Part shown: positions 28,699 to 36,696 of the stretch, piece by piece | How the letters are laid out: each line of letters opens with the position of its first letter | Position numbering within the stretch: position 1 is the stretch's first letter | Origin: a virus | Taxonomy: Duplodnaviria; Caudoviricetes | Length of the DNA: 52,972 nucleotides | IMG/VR virus record: IMGVR_UViG_3300013014_000039 | Span: 1 to 52,972 of that record | Reading direction: 5' to 3' (one strand) | Program-made: the position numbers and the translations under genes | The notes under the pieces: generated by a model | What the model saw: the letters and a program-made list of their open reading frames with translations, nothing else | What the model was told of the DNA's origin: nothing | The model's database searches: none

Positions 28699-29730
28699 TT
28701 ACAGACGAACTACAGGCACGCCATCGGACTTGATGATGTACCCCCACTTGCTCTTAGGAAGGACTGTTCCTGCCTTGAGTTCTTTCAGATTAAAAGCATT
28801 GAATGCTTTGATTATTGATGGTTTAAACACATCGCTCAACGCTTGTTTTAGATGAATATTGAATAACTCTACCTCTCGTTCAGGAGAATGGCTACTACCC
28901 CAATACCCACCGAGATGAGGTCGCGTTTCATGGAATGCTGAATAGATAACATGATGCACATTGTTAGCAAGCATGAAGAGAACTGCGGCATCTACCAGTC
29001 GGTGAGACTGAACTAGTCTTTCAAAGTTAGCCATTGCTGTTTCAGGATTCTTTCTATCAAAGGTTTTATCATTAACTAGGTCTTTGATTGTCTCCATGAT
29101 GCCTTCCTTGCTCATTGCACCAGTCATCACAGGGGCAACTTTCAAGAACTCATCATACTTACCAAGTGCTTCTTGCGCTAGTTTGCGATTCACCCTCCGC
29201 TGAAACGTTGTGTAAGGAGTTACTGTCTCTCCCATTACTTTCTTAGCGCGGTCAAGATGAAGTCTCATGCCTTTGAAGATTGGGTGCATATGCCCCGCGT
29301 TGTTCCATGCAATCGTGCCACCTCTTGCACCGCACGACTGAAACCAGTAACCGAACGCTTCACTCATATAGGTCGAGTCACCTTGCCCAAGATGCTGACG
29401 AATCTCAAATGTATTGTCAGGATACACAGTAGCAAGATGTGCGTGGTCAACCCATTTAATCATTGACTCTTTGTCCCACCCCTCCTTGAAGTTGCCACTC
29501 TCTACAACATCTACTGTCTCACGGTTCTTGTAGTAGATAGAGAACGAACCATCCTTGTTAGCGCGGAAGTGTCTGCGTGAATACTCACGCCACCCCATCG
29601 GGTAAGCATTACTTAGCCCACCGCGATAAGGCTTGATGGTCTTGGTGCGCTCAACCATCTTGTCATAGGTGAGTCCACCCGCCCACACTTGACGTACATC
29701 ATTGAAGATGTTGCCGAATCCGTAAGTCAT
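28699..29730 (-). CDS. Hypothetical protein
   Basis: 343 aa ORF downstream of VWA gene. Confidence 0.7.
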   Translation of the reverse strand: MTYGFGNIFNDVRQVWAGGLTYDKMVERTKTIKPYRGGLSNAYPMGWREYSRRHFRANKDGSFSIYYKNRETVDVVESGNFKEGWDKESMIKWVDHAHLATVYPDNTFEIRQHLGQGDSTYMSEAFGYWFQSCGARGGTIAWNNAGHMHPIFKGMRLHLDRAKKVMGETVTPYTTFQRRVNRKLAQEALGKYDEFLKVAPVMTGAMSKEGIMETIKDLVNDKTFDRKNPETAMANFERLVQSHRLVDAAVLFMLANNVHHVIYSAFHETRPHLGGYWGSSHSPEREVELFNIHLKQALSDVFKPSIIKAFNAFNLKELKAGTVLPKSKWGYIIKSDGVPVVRL

Positions 29731-29927
29731 ATGATGCCTTCCCTTCTTGCTTGGTCTAATGCTGTGTCTGCTGTTTCAAATACTTTCTCGCGCATCTCTT
29801 TGTCATTCAACAACACAGAGATAAACTTGTGATGAGAGCGTGATTCCTCACGGTACTTCAATGAGAACGCAAGTCCTATAACAGATGTACAGAACAAGAA
29901 CAATTCGAGATATGTATATTCAACCAT
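29727..29927 (-). CDS. Small membrane protein
   Basis: 66 aa with N-terminal hydrophobic helix. Confidence 0.55.
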   Translation of the reverse strand: MVEYTYLELFLFCTSVIGLAFSLKYREESRSHHKFISVLLNDKEMREKVFETADTALDQARREGII

Positions 29928-31160
29928 TTAGTTCACCATTACTTTCTTCCCTGTTGGGGGAGTCCAATCTTTGTTACAAGTTACCAACCATAGAGTTGGC
30001 ATCGATATGTCCCACTTGACATCGTGTTCCAAGTAGCCGTCTGTGAAGATGACCACACACTCTGCCTTGAGATTCTTTTTATTTATATGTTCACTAACAC
30101 ATGAAACCCTAGTTCCGCCACCACCCATCGGTTTCAATAGAGAACCTATCTCCTGATACTGTGCGGGTTCAAACACTTGCTCACCATGTACCTTGGTGTC
30201 CCACCACAGAACTCGAATCTTCTCAGGGCATACTGCTTCCGCACCCTTGACAATCTCTGCCGCGAATTCGTTTATCTGTTGCTGTGAGATAGAGCCTGAT
30301 GTGTCGATGCCGTAGATGACCTCGCCGATAGTCTCTGTCTCCGCAGATGGGATGTACAAATCACTGGGCAGTAATCTTCTGTTGAACTTACGCCATGTGT
30401 ATTCATCCTTACCGCGAGCGAACGATGAGACATACTCTGCGAACTCTTTCTTCCAATCAACATCACCTTCGAGCATCTCTGTGATGGCTCTTGGCAAGTC
30501 AATGCCTAAGCGACCAGCGAGGATTGCGCCTTCTCGTATTGCTCTATCTATACGCTCGTTGATATCCTTGGCTTGCTCTGCATCCATCTTGCCAAAGTCA
30601 TGCTCATCGAATGAGTACTCATCACCCTCACCGTCGTTATCTTGCTGTTCACCACCCCCTGAACCTTTAGATGGTTCACCTTTCTTCTTAGGTTTGTATC
30701 CGCTACCACCACCCTTACACTCTTCCTTGAGTAAGCGATACACCTCACGCATATTCATGTTGTGAAAGCGTTCCTCGTAACACCCACCCGCAGGTAGTTT
30801 TACAAGGTTGGGGTCTTCCTTACTTATCTCCATGATGATGTCATTGACCACCATGTCAGCCGCGACATTGGCTAGTTTTGCATTCTCTACCCATAGGTCA
30901 CGGTTAAGTATCCCCTGACGCAGACCGATGTGTAAGTTCTCATGCAAGACAAGACCCGCCACCTCTGCATCTTCCTTGCAGACACCTGTGAGGAATGCTC
31001 TGCCATAGACTTTGTTCACACCATCTGTGTATGCGGTAAGTCCTTCCTTATCGCTCACTTCAGATGTACCCATCATCATCACCCCGCCCCACCATACGGT
31101 GTGCTTAGACTTCATTAGCGCAATGTGCGCCTTCTTAACACGCTGTTCTTGAGTCAACAT
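29928..31160 (-). CDS. Metallopeptidase-like plus VWA domain protein (DUF2201-like)
   Basis: TAYTDG, LHENLH (HExxH), NVAADMVVN, MIDAS DTSGS, GGGGT, FTDG. Confidence 0.85.
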   Translation of the reverse strand: MLTQEQRVKKAHIALMKSKHTVWWGGVMMMGTSEVSDKEGLTAYTDGVNKVYGRAFLTGVCKEDAEVAGLVLHENLHIGLRQGILNRDLWVENAKLANVAADMVVNDIIMEISKEDPNLVKLPAGGCYEERFHNMNMREVYRLLKEECKGGGSGYKPKKKGEPSKGSGGGEQQDNDGEGDEYSFDEHDFGKMDAEQAKDINERIDRAIREGAILAGRLGIDLPRAITEMLEGDVDWKKEFAEYVSSFARGKDEYTWRKFNRRLLPSDLYIPSAETETIGEVIYGIDTSGSISQQQINEFAAEIVKGAEAVCPEKIRVLWWDTKVHGEQVFEPAQYQEIGSLLKPMGGGGTRVSCVSEHINKKNLKAECVVIFTDGYLEHDVKWDISMPTLWLVTCNKDWTPPTGKKVMVN

Positions 31161-31410
31161 TTTGTTGTTCCTTTCTGTTTAAGATTTCCGCTTCCACTTC
31201 CTTACTTACATTTCCATACAAGTGATACTCATATGTAACCGAACTACTGTCACCTTTCTCAACGATTGGCAGTAAGTTACCTCCTGACAAAGTTGGATTT
31301 ATATCTGCCACATTGAATGACAAATCCATAATCGCTCCCGCGAGGTTTTCTTTCCAATCAACATCGTCACCCGCCACGGTGACGGTGATATTTATAGTTA
31401 CTGTGTGCAT
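31135..31410 (-). CDS. Hypothetical protein
   Basis: 91 aa between AAA and VWA genes, SD AAGGA. Confidence 0.55.
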   Translation of the reverse strand: MHTVTINITVTVAGDDVDWKENLAGAIMDLSFNVADINPTLSGGNLLPIVEKGDSSSVTYEYHLYGNVSKEVEAEILNRKEQQNVDSRTAC

Positions 31411-31419
31411 ATTGTTTCC

Positions 31420-32523
31420 TTACATAATCATGTGGTTGTCGGTTGCCCACTTGCTAATCTCTGTGTTGTATCGGGCAATCTTTGGCTTGTTGCGGAATAT
31501 CATGGTGAAGAAGATTGATTGAATCTCGCTCGACTTCATACGATTCACGAACTGCATATACTTGTTCAGGTCATCGTGAGATGCTAATGTGTCGACCGCC
31601 TCAAGAATCATCATGACTTGGGTTGCCACATCTTCAGGAACTTTTACAGTTGTTGGATTAGCAAGTACGTCGTTGAACTTAATCATGCTCTTCTCAACAG
31701 ATATAAATGTCGCTATGGATTTCGCGGCACTCTCACCAACCGTACCCGCCAGAGCCACAGTCAATGCGTTCTCTGTGTACTTGTCTCGCTTATCCACGAT
31801 GGGAGATGCTTTCGCCAATGAGCGAGGAGACACAAAGGACTTGGCAGTTGACGATGGTTTGAAGATGTATGGGTTATCGTTTTGGTCAGCATCTAAGTAA
31901 GACTTGAATGCCTTCGGTGTCATCGCAGCCCATGCTCTCAGTGGTCTAGAGATGTTGTTCTTGGTAGCCCACTGCAACCACTCGTCATGCGTAGGTTTCT
32001 GCATATTCACAATGGTGATGCGGTTTGCCACATGACCCGCGAACGAGTCACCCACACCATCAGTTGCGTTGTTACTTGTAATGAAGATGTGTGAGCCTTC
32101 GGGTAGCGGTTCATCGCCCACCGTCTTCTCAAGCATCAATCGGGTATAGATAATCTGCATGAGTTTGGGAGACTTGAACGCTTCGTCAAGCATGATGTAC
32201 TTAGGCTTGCCACTTCCCATCTTGAAGAGAGATGCGACATAGTATTCAAGTGTCTTCGTTGCATGGTTGGGGATAGATGCCGCGACATCCATCATGTCTT
32301 TCACGGGGCAATCGACATAGATGTAGTCATACTTGTCAGTAGGGAAGTCATCGCCCACCTTACGCCATTGGTCACCGTTGTCTTCAGCAAGCATCGCTAG
32401 AAGTGATGACTTGCCGACCCCAGGTTCAGAGATGACTGCAATAGTATTTGTATCGCCAATCTCTCGGATGAGGTCTTTGACCTCGTTGATAGATGCTGTC
32501 AAGGAAAAGTTGATTTTGCTCAT
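31420..32523 (-). CDS. MoxR-like AAA+ ATPase
   Basis: Walker A SEPGVGKS, Walker B IMLDEA, TSN, ANR, SPRS motifs. Confidence 0.85.
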   Translation of the reverse strand: MSKINFSLTASINEVKDLIREIGDTNTIAVISEPGVGKSSLLAMLAEDNGDQWRKVGDDFPTDKYDYIYVDCPVKDMMDVAASIPNHATKTLEYYVASLFKMGSGKPKYIMLDEAFKSPKLMQIIYTRLMLEKTVGDEPLPEGSHIFITSNNATDGVGDSFAGHVANRITIVNMQKPTHDEWLQWATKNNISRPLRAWAAMTPKAFKSYLDADQNDNPYIFKPSSTAKSFVSPRSLAKASPIVDKRDKYTENALTVALAGTVGESAAKSIATFISVEKSMIKFNDVLANPTTVKVPEDVATQVMMILEAVDTLASHDDLNKYMQFVNRMKSSEIQSIFFTMIFRNKPKIARYNTEISKWATDNHMIM

Positions 32524-32549
32524 ATACGCTTTCAGGGGTTAGTGAATGA

Positions 32550-33458
32550 TTAGTTAAGGGTTAGGGGTTTGAACTTGTTCAGCATATCGTCTACACCGTG
32601 TTTAACAGTTGAACGAACATACGAACTCTCGCGTAAGTCTTCGAGTGTGACACCCGACAGCGCTTCCTCCAGTTGCGCTCTAGCAGACTCAAGATGTTGA
32701 TTATTTGTCAAGTTAAAGTGTTTCAATGTCTCGCAAATGTCCCGCGCTTGGCTGATGGTTGTCTCGTATACCTTCTTGCGCTTGACCTTGCCGTCTTCGT
32801 CAGCAGTGACCTCTGTACAAGCATTGCTGATGCGGGAAGCGATTTCCACCAGTCGCTCAGATGCATCTTCCATCGAACGATTCACAATCTCTTCAATTTG
32901 GTTGTTGTAATGTTGTTCCAAGTCATCTGCGATAGCCGTAGCAATGCCACCCGAACGGAAGTCGTTCTCAGGTACTTTGGTTACGAATAGTTTCAAGCGA
33001 AAGCGACGACGGATATCTTCGACTTCAGGGTACTCTGAACGATTAAACATATCGCCTTGCTTGAACGCGGAGTCACTCACGATGGTAGGGTACTTGTCTA
33101 TGAAGTTGTCCAATAACTTGTTGAACTCAACCTCATGCGCTGACCACTCCTTCATGAATTTCTCGATGCTGAATGTTGGTAGCAATCTAACCGAACCCGC
33201 CCAGTCGTAGGTGCAACGCTGAAGCCAGTTATAGACGGTCTGCCGATAGTTGAGCAATGCTTTGTGGTCAGGCGAGTTAGACAATAAGTTCTTGGTGAAC
33301 TTGCCTGCCTCAGTAGATGCGTTCTTAGAAGAAGTCACCTCGTTGCTGATTTGTTTGTCTTGCTTGGTCGCAGTCCACACATTGACCTCCACTGTTACAA
33401 GTTGCGCAGAACTTGCGAGTGATATGAGGTGATTAGGTTTTTGGATTTCAAAGTTCAT
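32550..33458 (-). CDS. Helical protein associated with AAA/VWA module (DUF3150-like)
   Basis: 302 aa, VNVWTATKQD, KNLL, LLP, FNRSEYP, FNLTNN motifs. Confidence 0.6.
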   Translation of the reverse strand: MNFEIQKPNHLISLASSAQLVTVEVNVWTATKQDKQISNEVTSSKNASTEAGKFTKNLLSNSPDHKALLNYRQTVYNWLQRCTYDWAGSVRLLPTFSIEKFMKEWSAHEVEFNKLLDNFIDKYPTIVSDSAFKQGDMFNRSEYPEVEDIRRRFRLKLFVTKVPENDFRSGGIATAIADDLEQHYNNQIEEIVNRSMEDASERLVEIASRISNACTEVTADEDGKVKRKKVYETTISQARDICETLKHFNLTNNQHLESARAQLEEALSGVTLEDLRESSYVRSTVKHGVDDMLNKFKPLTLN

Positions 33459-33481
33459 TTCAGTATCCTGTGAATGGTTGA

Positions 33482-33694
33482 TTAGCGGAAGAGTCCGCCC
33501 TTGTTGTTAATTCCCTTGAGGTCATCAAGGTTCGTAATGAGCATATAGTTGCTCTTGTGCATGGGCGCAATGGTGCGCACACGCGACCGCGCATCTTCCT
33601 CACCGCATAGCAGACAGATGGGGTAACCCGCCTTGGCACGCTTTGCTGAGAAGATGTCACCACACCGTGAACAGATAGGTCTGAGTTTAGACAT
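33482..33694 (-). CDS. C4 zinc-finger protein (TraR/DksA-like)
   Basis: CSRCGDIFSAKRAKAGYPICLLC. Confidence 0.6.
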   Translation of the reverse strand: MSKLRPICSRCGDIFSAKRAKAGYPICLLCGEEDARSRVRTIAPMHKSNYMLITNLDDLKGINNKGGLFR

Positions 33695-33699
33695 AACTA

Positions 33700-33924
33700 T
33701 TACAGAGTATGGAAGTTGATATCCATCTCACGAATGCGATAGACATGATGCTCGTCGAGTTCATCATCTGCCTGTTGACAGAGACGCATCTCATACTCGG
33801 CTGTGTCCTTGCTTGCGTAGGCTTCGATAGACTTGCCATCGACTACGAGCAGATACACCTTGGGAGTGATGTTTATTACAGACAGCCCCTCAATGGCGGA
33901 CTGATACGCTGACTTCATTTTCAT
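33700..33924 (-). CDS. Hypothetical protein
   Basis: 74 aa from ATG 33924 with AAGGA upstream. Confidence 0.6.
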   Translation of the reverse strand: MKMKSAYQSAIEGLSVINITPKVYLLVVDGKSIEAYASKDTAEYEMRLCQQADDELDEHHVYRIREMDINFHTL

Positions 33925-33942
33925 ACGCTTTCCTTTGGTTGA

Positions 33943-33965
33943 TTTCATTACCCTGTGAAACGCTA
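33943..33965. repeat. Dyad motif B copy
   Basis: TTTCA-ttaccctg-TGAAACGCTA. Confidence 0.8.
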
Positions 33966-34022
33966 GATAGCATCTCACCCCACTAGAGTCTGTTGAACAG
34001 TTCCAATCCCGACTCAGAATAC

Positions 34023-34051
34023 ATTGTATCATAACTTTACATTTAAGTCAA
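34023..34051 (-). promoter_or_regulatory. Strong sigma70-type promoter
   Basis: TTGACT-17-TACAAT with extended TG. Confidence 0.8.
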
Positions 34052-34086
34052 CTACATATGTAACTTTTTTACATGAGGGGTTACCC

Positions 34087-34281
34087 CTAGTCCCCATGCT
34101 TTGAGATTGGCTCGAACTTCTCGGCAGTCCATGCATGGTCTACGCTCTCAGTCACGATGTAGCCTTGGCTCTTGGCTAACTCCTCAAGTGCGGGCAGACA
34201 CACCATGTATGTTGCTTCTTCGTCAAACTGTGCCACCGCGTGCGCACCCGCCTTCGCTTCGAAATAGACTGTAACTTTCAT
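34087..34281 (-). CDS. Hypothetical protein
   Basis: 64 aa MKVTVYFEAKAG..., SD GAGG, coupled to upstream ORF. Confidence 0.6.
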   Translation of the reverse strand: MKVTVYFEAKAGAHAVAQFDEEATYMVCLPALEELAKSQGYIVTESVDHAWTAEKFEPISKHGD

Positions 34282-34400
34282 TTCATACCTCTCTGAAGTT
34301 TTAATATCCGCACCCAGTCGATGCGGGACAAGAACCACCTGAACAATGGGACAGAACAGTCTTGGCATAAGACGTTCGGGTTGTCTCCCTTAGATTGCAT
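34278..34400 (-). CDS. 40-aa hypothetical protein (not in ORF track)
   Basis: MQSKGDNPNVLCQDCSVPLFRWFLSRIDWVRILKLQRGMK; fills the gap exactly, ATGA coupling downstream. Confidence 0.6.
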   Translation of the reverse strand: MQSKGDNPNVLCQDCSVPLFRWFLSRIDWVRILKLQRGMK

Positions 34401-34401
34401 T

Positions 34402-34695
34402 TCACAGCCCCCTGACATCATTGTTAATGCAGTACTCCATGAACTCAGAGAAGTCTGAGAACTTGTTCTTGCGTGTCTCGTCGTGGAAGTCGGACTCTTG
34501 CAAGACTGGCAGTTTCAATGCCTTGCCCATCATGTCCAAGACATTCTGCACATCTTCTAATGATTCGCTACCCACAGACACATCGCTATGCCCTTCGGGT
34601 TTCCTGTTCTCGTCGTAGTACACCTCGCGTACACAGTACCAATCCTCACCGCCATTCTCAGACCTGAGATTCACAATTCGATAGTTCCAAAACAT
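34402..34695 (-). CDS. Hypothetical phage protein
   Basis: MFWNYRIV..REVYYD motif, SD AAGGA. Confidence 0.7.
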   Translation of the reverse strand: MFWNYRIVNLRSENGGEDWYCVREVYYDENRKPEGHSDVSVGSESLEDVQNVLDMMGKALKLPVLQESDFHDETRKNKFSDFSEFMEYCINNDVRGL

Positions 34696-34716
34696 ATTGA
34701 TTCCTTTGAAGTTGAA

Positions 34717-34744
34717 TAGCGTTTCACGGTGTCATGAAACGCTA
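34717..34744. repeat. Dyad motif B, perfect copy
   Basis: TAGCGTTTCA-cggtgtca-TGAAACGCTA, perfect 10-8-10 inverted repeat. Confidence 0.9.
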
Positions 34745-34766
34745 CTTGCTGTATTGATTGTTTAGA

Positions 34767-35108
34767 TTAAAGTGTGTTGTAGCCAGTGCAGAACTCGAAC
34801 AGTTCCACCTCGCTAGTTGGCTCGACGATAGTCAGTCCCTCGAACTCGTCGTCAATGTCGTTGAACTCGTCATAGCCGTAATCTCTTGCTAAGAACTCCA
34901 AGTTCTGATTGTGATAGTCATCTGTGCGAAAGTCTGTGCGCAGATAATGGTCGACACCCTGATGCGTATTGCATACTGCCTTCGGGGTTGTAACGCGCAA
35001 TGCTTTGCGCATTGGGCGGGGCAGATATTGATATGGTCGGTCAAGTACTTTTGGTTGTCGTACTATGACCCGTGTTGTGTTGATGTTATAGACGAAAGAT
35101 GTTTTCAT
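34767..35108 (-). CDS. Hypothetical protein with acidic C-terminus
   Basis: 113 aa from ATG 35108 with GGAG upstream. Confidence 0.55.
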   Translation of the reverse strand: MKTSFVYNINTTRVIVRQPKVLDRPYQYLPRPMRKALRVTTPKAVCNTHQGVDHYLRTDFRTDDYHNQNLEFLARDYGYDEFNDIDDEFEGLTIVEPTSEVELFEFCTGYNTL

Positions 35109-35129
35109 TACGCTCTCCATTGATTGAAA

Positions 35130-35147
35130 TTTCATGACCCCGTGAAA
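35130..35147. repeat. Dyad motif B copy
   Basis: TTTCA-tgaccccg-TGAAA; 35127-35147 is identical to 35742-35762. Confidence 0.85.
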
Positions 35148-35191
35148 TGTTATTTAGCGGGTGAGTCAGGCTACCTCCCGACTCAATTCAG

Positions 35192-35220
35192 ATTTTACCA
35201 CAGTTACTTGTTTAATACAA
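35192..35220 (-). promoter_or_regulatory. Sigma70-type promoter
   Basis: TTGTAT-17-TAAAAT with extended TG. Confidence 0.75.
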
Positions 35221-35282
35221 GTCTTTATACAACTTTTTTATATCGCTCTGGCGGGTGTGATTTGGTTATTTGTAAAGTGGTG

Positions 35283-35740
35283 TTGGAACTTTGGAACTGG
35301 GTTGGAATCACAAAAAACTAGGTTAGTTATAGTAATAGTACTAGTAGTAGTAGTAGTAGTTATAGATATAGATATATAAAGTATTATATATATTTGTTGT
35401 AGTACTACATGATTCCAAAGTTCCAAAATTCCAGCAGTTTTGCGTTATGGCTGGCAGTTACCTATCTGCTTAATTTGTGGGCAATGTATGGTTTGTTTAG
35501 CACAATGCTTACACTCGCAGGCGATGATGAACGAACGAGATGATGCTCCAAAGTCCGTTGTCCTCAAAAAAAACTGGAATTTTGGAATAAATCGCGTAAG
35601 TCCTTGATTCATAAGGCTTTTTCCGATTCCAGCGTTGGAATTTCGTTGGAACAAAGTTGGAATCTTGTTCCAATAAACTGCTCGGTTCCAAAATTCCAGT
35701 ACGATTCCAAGCGGGTTGGAACTGGGTTGGAACTTTGGAA
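35283..35740. repeat. YTGGAA/TTCCAR repeat field with AT-rich tract; candidate replication origin
   Basis: 19 hexamer copies in both orientations; (TAG)6 at 35342-35359 inside AT-rich 35316-35410; no convincing gene. Confidence 0.7.
35597..35609 (-). promoter_or_regulatory. IHF consensus site
   Basis: Minus strand AATCAA-GGAC-TTA matches WATCAANNNNTTR. Confidence 0.55.
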
Positions 35741-35744
35741 CAAA

Positions 35745-35767
35745 TTTCATGACCCCGTGAAACGCTA
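35745..35767. repeat. Dyad motif B copy
   Basis: TTTCA-tgaccccg-TGAAACGCTA. Confidence 0.85.
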
Positions 35768-35782
35768 TTTAAGACGCTTGCC

Positions 35783-35815
35783 CACGCACGCGCAGGGACA
35801 TATAACTGGCTTCAG
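35783..35815. repeat. Inter-cassette motif A, diverged copy
   Basis: CACGCACGCGCAGGGACATATAACTGGCTTCAG. Confidence 0.75.
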
Positions 35816-35822
35816 CCCAAAC

Positions 35823-35858
35823 AAAAAAAACCCGACTAACCTTTCGGCTAGTCGGGTT
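35823..35858 (-). terminator. Intrinsic terminator
   Basis: CCCGACTAGCC-GAAA-GGTTAGTCGGG plus T8. Confidence 0.9.
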
Positions 35859-35872
35859 GGGCTAATCAAGTA

Positions 35873-36487
35873 TTACTTGATTGCTTTCAGGAAGGCATCA
35901 ATTGCCACCCTTGTCTTAACTTCGTCGGCTGTTGCGTCACCCCTAGCCTTCGCGTTCTTACATCTAGTTTTAATTGTATCCATAACTTTCCCAACATAAG
36001 TTGCGAAGTCATCAGTAGTTCCTCTCTCCCTTGTCTCAGGGTTAAGGTCGCGTATAGCCTTGAGCAAAGCCTTCATTTTATTGAATGCATACTTGTTGAA
36101 TGGTGTTCTTACACCACCAATCACACCATGCTTAACAGGCTCGGCTTGGCGTAGTTGCCCAAATTGTTGTTGCGAGAACGACAAGGCATAGGCAAGGGTT
36201 ACTTCATTGCCACCCTTGGCATCAGGAATCCATTCGCTGTTATAGCGTTTGGCTGGGTTTAGTTCTTGCCAACGGAGAGCCCAACCCTCGGTTAACTGAG
36301 CCTTAACCTCGGCTGGAACATCTTCCAAGATGTTGGGGCATTGGTCGAAAACATATTTAGCAACAAGGCTAAGATGTTCAACGGCTAATGCCGACTGGTA
36401 ACCCGCATTCTTGAGGTTATCGATAGAGAGAAATGTAACTTGCGTTACGCTAGGTGTGGCTAATGCCACAGGTGATTTTGCTTTCAT
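35873..36487 (-). CDS. Early protein, paralog 1
   Basis: 204 aa from ATG 36487 (GGAG upstream); homologous to 36697-37353. Confidence 0.8.
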   Translation of the reverse strand: MKAKSPVALATPSVTQVTFLSIDNLKNAGYQSALAVEHLSLVAKYVFDQCPNILEDVPAEVKAQLTEGWALRWQELNPAKRYNSEWIPDAKGGNEVTLAYALSFSQQQFGQLRQAEPVKHGVIGGVRTPFNKYAFNKMKALLKAIRDLNPETRERGTTDDFATYVGKVMDTIKTRCKNAKARGDATADEVKTRVAIDAFLKAIK

Positions 36488-36545
36488 TGTGTTCTCCATT
36501 AAAAGCAGGTTTGTGCAGGTGACAACCTCGCCACCTGCTAAACAT

Positions 36546-36574
36546 TTATTAGCACAGGCAAGGCGCTTATACAA
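36546..36574 (-). promoter_or_regulatory. Cassette promoter
   Basis: TTGTAT-17-TAATAA, followed by hairpin 36515-36538. Confidence 0.6.
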
Positions 36575-36576
36575 GT

Positions 36577-36599
36577 TTTCAGCCACCCGTGAAACGCTA
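36577..36599. repeat. Dyad motif B copy abutting the -35 box
   Basis: TTTCA-gccacccg-TGAAACGCTA. Confidence 0.8.
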
Positions 36600-36604
36600 A
36601 ATAG

Positions 36605-36644
36605 GCGCACGCATACACGCGCGACGACATATAACTGGTCTCAG
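36605..36644. repeat. Inter-cassette motif A
   Basis: GCGCACGCATACACGCGCGACGACATATAACTGGTCTCAG. Confidence 0.85.
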
Positions 36645-36651
36645 CGGGCAC

Positions 36652-36686
36652 AAAAAAACCCCGCAGACCTTGTGAGTCTGCGGGGT
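36652..36686 (-). terminator. Intrinsic terminator
   Basis: CCCCGCAGAC/GTCTGCGGGG stem plus T7. Confidence 0.9.
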
Positions 36687-36696
36687 GAGTAGCTAA

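Noticed and set aside
34282-34400. Hairpin-rich gap as an ncRNA
   Set aside because: Better explained by a 40-aa ORF that fills the gap exactly and is translationally coupled.
35778-35806. Plus-strand promoter TTGCCC-17-TATAAC inside motif A
   Set aside because: The -35 box is absent from the other three copies, so it does not explain the motif's conservation.
35124-35999. Track ORFs over the repeat field (35124-35321, 35161-35379, 35238-35426, 35445-35750, 35509-35691, 35604-35999)
   Set aside because: Translations mirror the TTGGAA/TAG repeats, lack SD sequences and overlap promoters and a terminator.
36488-36610. N-terminal extension of ORF 35873-36610
   Set aside because: It spans the promoter and motif B. 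ATG 36487 has an SD and aligns with the paralog start.
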